Notes under the pieces: model-generated
Databases searched by the model: none
Told to the model about the DNA's origin: nothing
Seen by the model: the letters and a program-made list of their open reading frames with translations, nothing else
Part shown: positions 16,764-25,977 of the stretch, in pieces
How positions within the stretch are numbered: position 1 is the stretch's first letter
Layout: the number at the start of each line of letters is the position of its first letter
NCBI GenBank assembly: GCA_016177265.1
Contig: JACOVP010000020.1
Location: 1-41,238 of the forward strand
Origin: Candidatus Woesearchaeota archaeon
Lineage (GTDB): Archaea > Nanobdellota > Nanobdellia > SCGC-AAA011-G17 > UBA489
DNA: 41,238 nucleotides
Reading direction: 5' to 3'
Made by a program: the position numbers and the translations under genes

Positions 16764-19700
16764 GTCATTGAAGAAGAGATTAGTATTTTTTCTTAGTTTG
16801 GTAAGTTTGGTATTCTATCCGCAAATAAATATCGCAGAAGAAAATGTTCCACAACAAATCCAGATGCTGGAGACAGTGAAAAATGATGGTCCTACTACAG
16901 CAGACAATGAGATTACTTTTACTGGACAATGCAATGGACAAGATACCAAGCTAATTATATGTCGAAGCTCAGCGACACTCTGTGACATGGGGACGCTTCC
17001 AGGTGACCTGCTTTGTCTATCTGCTAGAACAAATGAAACGGAGAAATCATGCTCCTATACACCAACGCTAGAGGAAGCTGGTGAACATGCAGGATATAGT
17101 GCAACGTGCTGTGATCTACAAGAGAAATGCGCTGAAAATCAAACAACAGTGGACACATGGGTAATCAATGCACAAAATTCATTAATTATAAAAGATGATA
17201 ATGGTTTGCAAGTTCCAGCTGCTATTGAACAACAAGACACTTCTACCATACTCTCATTCACCAGCCAACCAATAGTCAAGATAACATTCACGAATTTGGA
17301 GGGTAATCAGATAGGACTTAGTCAAACAACTAGAGGGATTATCCCTCCAGAGGGTGTAGAATTTTCTAAAGTCTACGGCATTGATCTTGAGCAAGTCTCC
17401 TTTACAGAAGCAACACTCTATGCAACGGCAGAGGGCTCATCATTATATGTCTGTAAATTTTGGGACTTCACGTTAAGCACATGTATTGGATCTTGGGAAG
17501 CAGTCAAAAAATTGAATCAAAATGAAGAATATACATTCAACCTGCAAAAAAGTTCATTCGGATTTGCTGAAACAACAACCAGTCAAGAGCAGATCGTGGA
17601 AAGAGAAGAGCCATCAAAACAAATAACATCTCCACCTAAACAAAAAATAGAGGAACAAACATCGATAGACCCAGAGCTTCTTTTAGAGCCGATAAAAGAG
17701 GCACAAAATGAACCATTCCCAGTGGAAATAGGGAAAGTATCTAGCAATGGACCAATAGCTGCAGGTTCTCTCATAACTTTTACTGGAAGCTGCACCGGAG
17801 AGAATACTAGACTTTTACTTTGCAGATCAACAGCTACTTCTTGTGGTCTAAATACGCTCCCTGGAAATATTATTTGCCTGTCCGCAAGAACAAATGAATC
17901 AGAAAAGTCTTGTTCTTACAGCGCTATAGAAGAAGATCTTGGTGAACATAAGGAAGATACGGCTGTATGTTGTACAGAAGAGTATGGATGTACTTCTAAA
18001 ATCATCTTGATAGAGCCATGGACTGTGACAGCTCCTCCAGAAATAATACGGGAGGAAGCAAAAGAATCTGAGGAAGACATTCAAGAACAAGCAGAAATCA
18101 ATAAGCCAGTCAAATGGATCAAGAGGGTGCGATATCTTGAAAACGCTAGCAATGTCACGGTCAAAATTCACCCACGCGCAGCAGACATCAAAGTGCACAA
18201 GGTTGCCAATAAAGTGAAGGAAGAGCTCAAGCTAGACAAATGGGAGAAAAACGAAAGACCACAAGAGACAGAAATACTCATCAAGGAGCCAATTCAACAA
18301 GCAGACATTGAGTACAGCACTGCTCCGCCGACAATTGCTGAAGAGGTAATCAATGACTACAAAAAGAAGGTAGTTATTGGTTCTGATATTCACTATACTA
18401 ATATTCTTGCGTATATTGACATTCATGAGGCACAACAAAACCGCATCAGACTCTATCATGTGCAAAATGAGGCTAAAACGCCCGTGCAGATTACAGAATA
18501 TCAAGATACTAATAAAAATGGATTGATCGATAGAATAATGTGGGTTGTTCCAGGACTCAGCACAGAAACATATATCATAGAGATTACGAAAGCAGATCAT
18601 CTTGATAACAATAGGGAATTCATCTCGGACATTTATGAAGAAGTTCGTGAACTTGATGGGAACTGGAGTGAAACAATTCCTAATCAGCATTATGTAAGAG
18701 TTACTTTCGAAAAAAATCTTACAAATGAGAACGATATAACTGTTTATCCAAGGATTGTTTCAGGGAATCCAAGAATTGAGATATATGAAGTGAATGGCAA
18801 TGATATAATCGCTGAATTTACTTCATTGAGTCAAAACCAATACAATAAAGTCTTGCTAACGAATCTGCAGGGAAGCCAGGACACGTTTGATTTAAAAGTC
18901 CAGGGTGGAAGTTTGCAGTTTGACCATATTGTTGATCCTCCAGCAAAAATAGTCGACAATAGTTTTGGCTGCGATAAGACAAGCATTCAAGTCGGAGAAA
19001 CAACGAATTGTACCGGAGACTATGGGAATGCTGGTGACTCTTTTTTAACAGCCTGCAGTCTTCAGATCAACAACGAAATTACTCTCGAATTCTCTAATGT
19101 TTGCGGCGCTAACAACCTAAGAGTAAGCGCTATTGATGTAAGTCAGGCGAGTGCCGCAAGTTGTACTGACAACGGCAATGGCACTGTCAACTGCGTCAAC
19201 TGGCCCAGTACCGCCGACAACGTAGTGATTAACTGGACGCTAGAGGGTTGTGCCGTTTCTACAGCAAATACGCTCGACACAGAGAGTGTAGATTGCAATG
19301 ATCAGTTTAATAATAATGCGCTAGATATTGAAGTTACTGCTGGAGCAGATACAACTCCGCCGACATATTCTAACATAGAGTTTGATCCGGCTAATGCTTC
19401 AAGCTATTCGGTCACGCAATACTATGAGTTCAACGTAACATGGACTGATAATGTGCAGATAGATACAGCATACATAGTATTTGACGATGTGAATTACAGT
19501 GCTGGCGATATCTATAATTTATCAAGCGTGTATTCATTCAACAGAACAGGACTTTCTGTTGGAAGAGAGCACAATTATACTTGGTTCGCTAATGATTCTA
19601 ATGATAATGAAAATCAAACAGAATTGCAGTCTTATACGGTTGTTCAAGCAGAGCCAGGCGTCAACCTCACCTTAGACGGCAATGATGCCAACCTTACAAT

Positions 19701-21381
19701 TACTATGCTTGACGCAGTGAACATTACCGCAACACAAGAAACAGGAGAAGGAGATTTCCAACTCTTCCAAGATGGTGTTTTGATTAATGAAGGACAAACA
19801 CTGCTCAGCAACAGCACCAACTTCACTGGAGAAGGCGACTTCAACATCACGTCCTTCCACCCAGACACGGAAAACTTCACCACGAACTTCACCACCTTCT
19901 ACGTCATCAGCAGAGAGAATATCACGCCTGTCATAAATCTCACTGATCCCCTAGACAACAATGTTACGCTGATTACAGATAGTTCAACGAACCTTACTTT
20001 CTTGTCCAACGCGACAGACAATATCCAATTAGCGAATGCTACGCTGTACCACAATCTTTCTGGAACTTTCGAAGCGAATGAAACAGTCTTTATTGACGGC
20101 ATCTTCAATGAAACAGCTTTCTCACTCAACATAGCGCCCACTACATCATTTATCTGGAATGTCCTCTACTGTGATAATGCTACGAGTCCCAATTGCGCCT
20201 TTGGTGACACGAATTTTACTGCTACCGTAGAACGAGATACGCAAGCTCCCATAGTCAATCTGACCGATCCATTAAACAACAATATCACCAGCACGGACAC
20301 GACAGCAAATCTCACGTTCTTGTCTAATGCAACCGATAACCTTGAACTAGCCAACGCCACGCTGTACCACAATCTTTCTGGAACTTTCGAACAGAACCAA
20401 ACCACAGACATTAATGGCACCTTTAATGAAACTGCGTTCTCCATAGATATAGCACCTACAACAACCTTCATTTGGAACGTGCTCTACTGTGACGCAGCAG
20501 GCAACTGTGATTTTGCAGTAGATAATTTCACAGCAACCGTCCAACCAGATACAGTAGCGCCAATCGTCGAGGCCATTGATGGACCAGGCGGCAACACTAT
20601 TAGTGATCAATCCGTCACGGAAGATAATATCACAGACTTAGAAGTCACGTTCACCGTCACCGATGACAACGGAGTTGCAGATTTAGACTTCTCCACCGTC
20701 AACATCACTCTCTACAACAGCACATATATCACAACCGATGTCAACTACTTCAGCCAGAATACGTCCTGCAATAATAATGAAAATATTTCAGCCACGCAGG
20801 CGAACTTCACCTGCAACATCGAAATCAACTACTGGTACACGGCAGGAGACTGGAATATCACTGCAGGAGTAACAGACATCTCAGGTTTCAGTAGCGAAAA
20901 TGCCACGAATATGTCGATCCAAGAAACCACAGCCATCGCCATCTCGCCAACGAGTATCACCTTCCCAGAACTGACCTTGGGAGCAGAAAACATCACCTCA
21001 GACACCGATCCTATTACTATCAACAACACTGCCAATGACTACATCGATCAAAACAACACGAGAGTCACTGGTTTAGATCTCGTGGGCGAGGTAACTGATA
21101 CACAAGCCATCACGGCAGAGAACTTCACGGTCAGCGAAAGCACAGGTGAAACTCCCCCCGTAGAATGCTCCAATATTGGCGATGATTTAAATAACTCGCG
21201 CCTGATCAACAACACTGCAATAAATGTCAATATGTCAGTCTTGCCCGCGGGCAATCGCAGTATCGCTAATGAGGGTGTCGAGCAGATCTACTTCTGTATT
21301 CCTCTGGTCCCCGATACGCTGTTGCCTCAAGCCTATTCCACCCTCAACAGTACCACAGGATGGACGGTATCGGTGATTTAA
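16753..21381 (+). CDS. giant secreted surface protein, paralog A (1542 aa)
   Basis: Sec-type signal peptide (LVFFLSLVSLVFYPQINIAEE). Two 8-Cys modules, Ig-like repeats, Cys-rich central cassette, roughly 55 N-x-S/T sequons in the C-terminal about 675 aa (manual count). C-terminal about 270-aa domain shared with 21383..25930 and 25978..27018. No C-terminal TM. Confidence 0.85.
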   Translation: MTHKSLKKRLVFFLSLVSLVFYPQINIAEENVPQQIQMLETVKNDGPTTADNEITFTGQCNGQDTKLIICRSSATLCDMGTLPGDLLCLSARTNETEKSCSYTPTLEEAGEHAGYSATCCDLQEKCAENQTTVDTWVINAQNSLIIKDDNGLQVPAAIEQQDTSTILSFTSQPIVKITFTNLEGNQIGLSQTTRGIIPPEGVEFSKVYGIDLEQVSFTEATLYATAEGSSLYVCKFWDFTLSTCIGSWEAVKKLNQNEEYTFNLQKSSFGFAETTTSQEQIVEREEPSKQITSPPKQKIEEQTSIDPELLLEPIKEAQNEPFPVEIGKVSSNGPIAAGSLITFTGSCTGENTRLLLCRSTATSCGLNTLPGNIICLSARTNESEKSCSYSAIEEDLGEHKEDTAVCCTEEYGCTSKIILIEPWTVTAPPEIIREEAKESEEDIQEQAEINKPVKWIKRVRYLENASNVTVKIHPRAADIKVHKVANKVKEELKLDKWEKNERPQETEILIKEPIQQADIEYSTAPPTIAEEVINDYKKKVVIGSDIHYTNILAYIDIHEAQQNRIRLYHVQNEAKTPVQITEYQDTNKNGLIDRIMWVVPGLSTETYIIEITKADHLDNNREFISDIYEEVRELDGNWSETIPNQHYVRVTFEKNLTNENDITVYPRIVSGNPRIEIYEVNGNDIIAEFTSLSQNQYNKVLLTNLQGSQDTFDLKVQGGSLQFDHIVDPPAKIVDNSFGCDKTSIQVGETTNCTGDYGNAGDSFLTACSLQINNEITLEFSNVCGANNLRVSAIDVSQASAASCTDNGNGTVNCVNWPSTADNVVINWTLEGCAVSTANTLDTESVDCNDQFNNNALDIEVTAGADTTPPTYSNIEFDPANASSYSVTQYYEFNVTWTDNVQIDTAYIVFDDVNYSAGDIYNLSSVYSFNRTGLSVGREHNYTWFANDSNDNENQTELQSYTVVQAEPGVNLTLDGNDANLTITMLDAVNITATQETGEGDFQLFQDGVLINEGQTLLSNSTNFTGEGDFNITSFHPDTENFTTNFTTFYVISRENITPVINLTDPLDNNVTLITDSSTNLTFLSNATDNIQLANATLYHNLSGTFEANETVFIDGIFNETAFSLNIAPTTSFIWNVLYCDNATSPNCAFGDTNFTATVERDTQAPIVNLTDPLNNNITSTDTTANLTFLSNATDNLELANATLYHNLSGTFEQNQTTDINGTFNETAFSIDIAPTTTFIWNVLYCDAAGNCDFAVDNFTATVQPDTVAPIVEAIDGPGGNTISDQSVTEDNITDLEVTFTVTDDNGVADLDFSTVNITLYNSTYITTDVNYFSQNTSCNNNENISATQANFTCNIEINYWYTAGDWNITAGVTDISGFSSENATNMSIQETTAIAISPTSITFPELTLGAENITSDTDPITINNTANDYIDQNNTRVTGLDLVGEVTDTQAITAENFTVSESTGETPPVECSNIGDDLNNSRLINNTAINVNMSVLPAGNRSIANEGVEQIYFCIPLVPDTLLPQAYSTLNSTTGWTVSVI
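19924..20556 (+). repeat. in-frame tandem duplication inside paralog A (107-aa and 104-aa units)
   Basis: TPVINLTDPLDNN...NFTATVERDTQ versus APIVNLTDPLNNN...NFTATVQPDTV. Identical 33-mer acgctgtaccacaatctttctggaactttcgaa at 20041 and 20359. Confidence 0.8.
21037..21230 (+). repeat. near-identical dispersed block, copy 1 (3' region of paralog A)
   Basis: gactacatcgatcaaaacaacacgagagtcactggtttagatctcgt...aataaatgtcaa. I count 6 mismatches over 194 nt versus copy 2. Confidence 0.8.
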
Positions 21382-21382
21382 G

Positions 21383-24300
21383 ATGAACTTTTCATATCAG
21401 AAAAAAAAGAGAAACGTCTTTTTACTAATCATAGGTCTCTTTTTAGCATTCACAGTTGGGGCAGAGAATCATGATATTAATCAAGAACCTCATGTAGGAA
21501 CAGTAACAAGTAATGGCTCTGTTATTGAAGGCACGCCAATTACATTTATGGGAACTTGTCAAGGAGAAAACACTCAACTAGTTGTTTGCCAAGAAAATAC
21601 GATCTGCAGTACACAATCTAATCAAGAAGATATAATTTGCTCCTCAGAGTTTACAGATGATGCAGAGAAAGAATGTGTATATATAACAACCAAGGAAGAC
21701 TTATCAATTCATAATAATGACATTGCCACCTGTTGTAATGGAGAAGGTATTTGTGATTCCAATGTTGTGGCAGTTCCTCCTTGGATGGTCCTCGATGAGC
21801 AAGCTACATCACAAATAATAATTTTAGATGATGAAGATAATCTTGTTCCGGCAACAGTTACACAACAAGACACAGAAACTGATATAATTTTTATAAATCA
21901 ACCGATTACAAAATTGCAGTTTAGTGTTTTTGAAGGAAATAAGATTGGTTTAAGTCAAGCGACACGAGGGATTATTCCACCAGAAGGCATAGAGTTCGCA
22001 AAAGTTTACAGCCTAGATGTAGAAGAAGTAAATTTCACTGAAGCAACGTTGTATGCCCTAGCGCAGGGCGCATCACTCTATCTCTGTAAGTTCTGGGACT
22101 TTACATTGAGCACTTGTGTAGGCTCCTGGGATGTAATAAAAAACATTGAACCAAATACAGAATACACTTTCAACCTGCAAAAAGGTTCATTCGGCTTTGC
22201 TGAAGCTATAACAGAAGCACAGCCAGCAGTGCAGCCAGTGATTGAACAGCCTCCTGAAGAGCCAGTCAAGGAGCCGGTTGTCGAAGAACCAATCATCATT
22301 GAAGAGCCAGTTCCAGAAATAAATATAGAAGGTCCTATCACCAATAATGGCCCAGTAGAGCAAGGGCAAGAAATAATATTTTCAGGAATATGCAAAAGCA
22401 ACCAACCAACACAAGTAGTCATCTGTCGAGATAATATTGTTTGCAATGCAGAAACTTCCAAAGAAAATGTGTTGTGCACTTCTGTGCAGTCCCCAGATGA
22501 ACGTAAGTCATGTGCTTATAGTACAACTACAGAAGACATTGGAGAAAATGTAGACTCTATTGCTACATGCTGTACCACTGAAGGCAGCTGCGCAGCAGAA
22601 ACTAAATCTCTAGAATCATGGGCAGTGACAGCCCCTCTAAAAATAATACAAGAAGAGATAAAAGAGTCAGAAGAAGATATCCAGGAGCCAGCAGAGATCA
22701 ATAAACCAGTGCATTGGAAGAAAAAAATAAAGCTTAAGCAGGATATGAAGGACCTTACTGTTACTATCCCTTCCACAAGCACCAACATTACTATTCTTAA
22801 ACGAGAAAATGAGCTTCTCCAAGAATTACAGACCGAACAGTGGAGTCTTCTTGAGAAAGAAAAAGAGAAAGAAATAACCATCAATATACCAGTAAATGAT
22901 GTTGAGTTAGATTATGTTACAGAACCGCCACAGGTAAGTGAATCTGAATTGAGTCCGCACAAAAAACAAGTTACCGTGAGCTCGGATCTGTCCTACACGA
23001 ATATCACCTCGTATACCATCATTCCAGAGACACCAGAGAAAAAACTGCGGCTCTTTTGGATGGTCAATGAATCACGGCAACCAGTAGATAATGTACGATA
23101 TCTCGATACCAATGGCGATAGGCTCATTGATCGGATTGAATGGTTTATTTCCCATTTAAGCAATCAGACCTATGAAGTCATTATGGTGACGAAAGCGGAT
23201 CATCTAGATGAGAATAAAGTGTTCTTGTCCGATGTCTACAACGAGGTCAAGCAATTGGATAATGTTTGGAGTGAAACCATTCCAGAAACCCATTACGTTC
23301 AAGTGACGTTTGGCACACCCCTGACAGCAAGACACGATATTTCTATCTATCCACGCATAGTGGGTGGTAATCCAAAGATTATAGTCTATGAAGTCAATCA
23401 ATCGGAAGTGCTGGCGGAATTCTCTACCATCACAGCAAACCAGTACAATAAAGTCTTTTTAGAGAATCTCAACGGAACGCAAGAGACGTTTGATTTGCAG
23501 ATTCTTAATGGTGCTGTTGAGTTTGATCATATTGTTGATCCAACGCTCACTATTTCTAATATAACCACTCTCTGCGGTGAAGTCACTGCTTATGACACCA
23601 TTGTGGTCACGGAAACAGGTGAGCTGGAAATTTGTCTTATGAATGGAACTGGCACGAATAGCAATACTGGTTTTGTGAACATTACCTTGGGATCTGTAGG
23701 AAATTTCTCTGTCGCTGCAGGCGGGATAGTGAATGGCACTGGTGGCGGTGCTGAAGGTGGCGCGGGTACAAATTCAGGCTGCGCAACCCAGGGAGATAAT
23801 GGTCAGAATTATACGAATGGAGTGGCTCTTTGTAGTCCGAATGGTGGAGGCGGTGGAGGAGGAAGTGATGCTACTTCTACTGCCGAGACCGCTGGAGGTG
23901 GTGGAGGGGGATTTGGAGGCGCTGGCGGTACTGGTGGGAAGTCTGCAACTGGTGGTACAGTGGGCGCGGCAGGTGGAACGTATGGAGATGCTGAAGAACA
24001 AGAGCTCAATACATCTGGTTCCGGTGGTGGTGGTAGTTCAGATGACGCTGGAGTTAGAGGAGGTTCTGGTGGCGCTGGTTTTAGGGTTGACGCTGGCAGC
24101 GGCGAGATTAATATTCAAGGCACTATTAATGTGAGTGGGGAAGATGGCACAGATGCCGCGGGAAACGCGGATCGGGCGGGAGCAGGCGGAGGAAGTGGCG
24201 GTCATGTTATCCTGATTGCGAAAAAATTAAATCTTAATGCAGGTGCTATTTACGCGGAAGGGGGAAGAGGAGGCAATGGAGGCACTACCGCTGATGGTTG

Positions 24301-25930
24301 TGGTGGTGGAGGCGGTGGCGGAGGAAGAATTGTCTATGTCTATGATAATATTACCGAAGACAGCCTTATCAATTCAACAGATGGTGGTGACAGAGGCAAT
24401 AGCCCAGACACTGGTCCTTGTGCGGCCCTGCCAACGTTAGGTACCAACGGAACAGTCTTCTATAATCAATCAACGTTCGCGGATCTTTCACCACCAATAG
24501 CTGACCCTAATAGTATAGTTTTCGATCCAATCAATGAAACAAATTACACGCTTACACAATTCTACGAATTCAATGCCACATGGACAGATGATGTGGAAGT
24601 AGACAATGTCTTCATCACGTTCAACGAAACGAACTACAGCTTTGCAAAAGGAGAAGTCTACAACAGTTCAGAGACACCAACCGTCTTCTCCTTCAACCAG
24701 ACAGGATTGGCAGCGGCAGAATATAACTACACGTGGTTCGCCAACGATTCTAGTAACAACGAAAACCAGACAGACTTGCAGTTTGGATACATTGTCGCGC
24801 GAGCGGAGCCTGAAGTGAACTTGACCTTAAATGATACCATAAATAACATCACCATCATAGTCAGCGATGCGGAAGTCAATCATTCTGCCTCGTTAATTAC
24901 AGGTGACTCTGAAGCAACCGTCCAGATCCTTCAAGACGGAGTAGCCATGGTGACAGAAGGCGCCTCTCCTACCATCAGCAACGTCACCAACTACACAGCA
25001 ACAGGAACCTACAATATCACTGTCCTGTATCAAACCTCGGAAAATTATACCACGAACTTTACGACGCTCTTCGTCGAGGTCACTGCAGCAGCTGGAGGCA
25101 ACACTGCACCAGTCGTTGAAGCGATTGATGGCCCAGGTGGTAATACCATCTCATCTCAATCAGTAACAGAAGATGGCATCACTGACCTAGGAGTCACCTT
25201 CACCATCACAGATGCAGAAGGAGTTACAGACTTAAATGCAACAGAAATAAACATCACGCTCTTCAACACCACCTATATCACGACCGATGTCAACTACTTT
25301 AGCCAAAACACCTCGTGCGACAACATCAACAACATCTCATCAACACAGGCGAACTTTACGTGCAACATAGAGATCAACTACTGGTACACAGCAGGAGAAT
25401 GGAATCTCACCGTTGGAGCAACTGACATTGCTGGTGCAAGTAGCGAAAATGCTACCAATATAAGCATCGGAGAGACAACAGCTATTGTTATTGACCTAAC
25501 GTCACTGACATTCCCGCAATTGATTTTAGGGGCAGAAAACACCACCTCAGACAACGATCCTATCACCATCAACAACACAGCCAATGACTACATCGATCAA
25601 AACAACACGAGAGTCACTGGTTTAGATCTCGTGGGCGAAGTAACTGATACACAGGCCATCACGACAGAGAACTTCACGGTCAGCGAAAGCACAGGTGAAA
25701 CTCCGCCCGTAGAATGCTCCAATATTGGTGATAATTTAAATAACTCGCGCCTGATCAACAACACTGCAATAAATGTCAACATGTCAATCTTATCCTCAGG
25801 TAATCGTAGTATCGCGGGAGAAGGCGTCGAGCAACTGTATGTGTGCATTCCTATAGTTCCCGATGGACTCCTGCCCCAGGCCTATTCCACGTTAAATGGT
25901 ACAACAGGATGGACAGTATCTGTGGTATAA
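21383..25930 (+). CDS. giant secreted surface protein, paralog B (1515 aa) with Gly-rich central cassette
   Basis: Signal peptide (VFLLIIGLFLAFTVGAEN). Collinear with paralog A except for a swapped central cassette and the missing tandem pair. GGTGAT Shine-Dalgarno 5 nt upstream, 1-nt gap after paralog A. Confidence 0.85.
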   Translation: MNFSYQKKKRNVFLLIIGLFLAFTVGAENHDINQEPHVGTVTSNGSVIEGTPITFMGTCQGENTQLVVCQENTICSTQSNQEDIICSSEFTDDAEKECVYITTKEDLSIHNNDIATCCNGEGICDSNVVAVPPWMVLDEQATSQIIILDDEDNLVPATVTQQDTETDIIFINQPITKLQFSVFEGNKIGLSQATRGIIPPEGIEFAKVYSLDVEEVNFTEATLYALAQGASLYLCKFWDFTLSTCVGSWDVIKNIEPNTEYTFNLQKGSFGFAEAITEAQPAVQPVIEQPPEEPVKEPVVEEPIIIEEPVPEINIEGPITNNGPVEQGQEIIFSGICKSNQPTQVVICRDNIVCNAETSKENVLCTSVQSPDERKSCAYSTTTEDIGENVDSIATCCTTEGSCAAETKSLESWAVTAPLKIIQEEIKESEEDIQEPAEINKPVHWKKKIKLKQDMKDLTVTIPSTSTNITILKRENELLQELQTEQWSLLEKEKEKEITINIPVNDVELDYVTEPPQVSESELSPHKKQVTVSSDLSYTNITSYTIIPETPEKKLRLFWMVNESRQPVDNVRYLDTNGDRLIDRIEWFISHLSNQTYEVIMVTKADHLDENKVFLSDVYNEVKQLDNVWSETIPETHYVQVTFGTPLTARHDISIYPRIVGGNPKIIVYEVNQSEVLAEFSTITANQYNKVFLENLNGTQETFDLQILNGAVEFDHIVDPTLTISNITTLCGEVTAYDTIVVTETGELEICLMNGTGTNSNTGFVNITLGSVGNFSVAAGGIVNGTGGGAEGGAGTNSGCATQGDNGQNYTNGVALCSPNGGGGGGGSDATSTAETAGGGGGGFGGAGGTGGKSATGGTVGAAGGTYGDAEEQELNTSGSGGGGSSDDAGVRGGSGGAGFRVDAGSGEINIQGTINVSGEDGTDAAGNADRAGAGGGSGGHVILIAKKLNLNAGAIYAEGGRGGNGGTTADGCGGGGGGGGRIVYVYDNITEDSLINSTDGGDRGNSPDTGPCAALPTLGTNGTVFYNQSTFADLSPPIADPNSIVFDPINETNYTLTQFYEFNATWTDDVEVDNVFITFNETNYSFAKGEVYNSSETPTVFSFNQTGLAAAEYNYTWFANDSSNNENQTDLQFGYIVARAEPEVNLTLNDTINNITIIVSDAEVNHSASLITGDSEATVQILQDGVAMVTEGASPTISNVTNYTATGTYNITVLYQTSENYTTNFTTLFVEVTAAAGGNTAPVVEAIDGPGGNTISSQSVTEDGITDLGVTFTITDAEGVTDLNATEINITLFNTTYITTDVNYFSQNTSCDNINNISSTQANFTCNIEINYWYTAGEWNLTVGATDIAGASSENATNISIGETTAIVIDLTSLTFPQLILGAENTTSDNDPITINNTANDYIDQNNTRVTGLDLVGEVTDTQAITTENFTVSESTGETPPVECSNIGDNLNNSRLINNTAINVNMSILSSGNRSIAGEGVEQLYVCIPIVPDGLLPQAYSTLNGTTGWTVSVV
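25586..25779 (+). repeat. near-identical dispersed block, copy 2 (3' region of paralog B)
   Basis: Same in-frame position (DYIDQNNTRVTGLDLVGE...INNTAINVN) as copy 1. Confidence 0.8.
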
Positions 25931-25939
25931 AAAGGAACA

Positions 25940-25947
25940 TTTATAAA
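25940..25947 (+). promoter_or_regulatory. internal TATA box for paralog C and downstream genes
   Basis: TTTATAAA, 30 nt upstream of ATG 25978, in the only real gap (47 nt) of the locus. Confidence 0.45.
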
Positions 25948-25977
25948 TAAGGTATACAACATCTAAAGGAAAAAAAG

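Noticed and set aside
21401-21408. A8 homopolymer in codons 7-9 of paralog B (and A9 at 5286..5294 in the Toprim gene) as slipped-strand phase-variation switches
   Set aside because: A-runs of this length are expected in an AT-rich genome encoding Lys-rich signal-peptide n-regions. A single sequence gives no evidence of length variation.
23733-24440. Alternative-frame and antisense ORFs within the Gly-rich cassette (23733..24134 +, 23774..24001 -, 23809..24009 -, 24237..24440 +), and 28379..29047 - opposite the poly-Gly linker gene
   Set aside because: They are poly-Pro/Val/Ala translations of GGN-repeat DNA read in other frames or on the opposite strand. They lie entirely inside well-supported long ORFs and have no promoter or RBS features.
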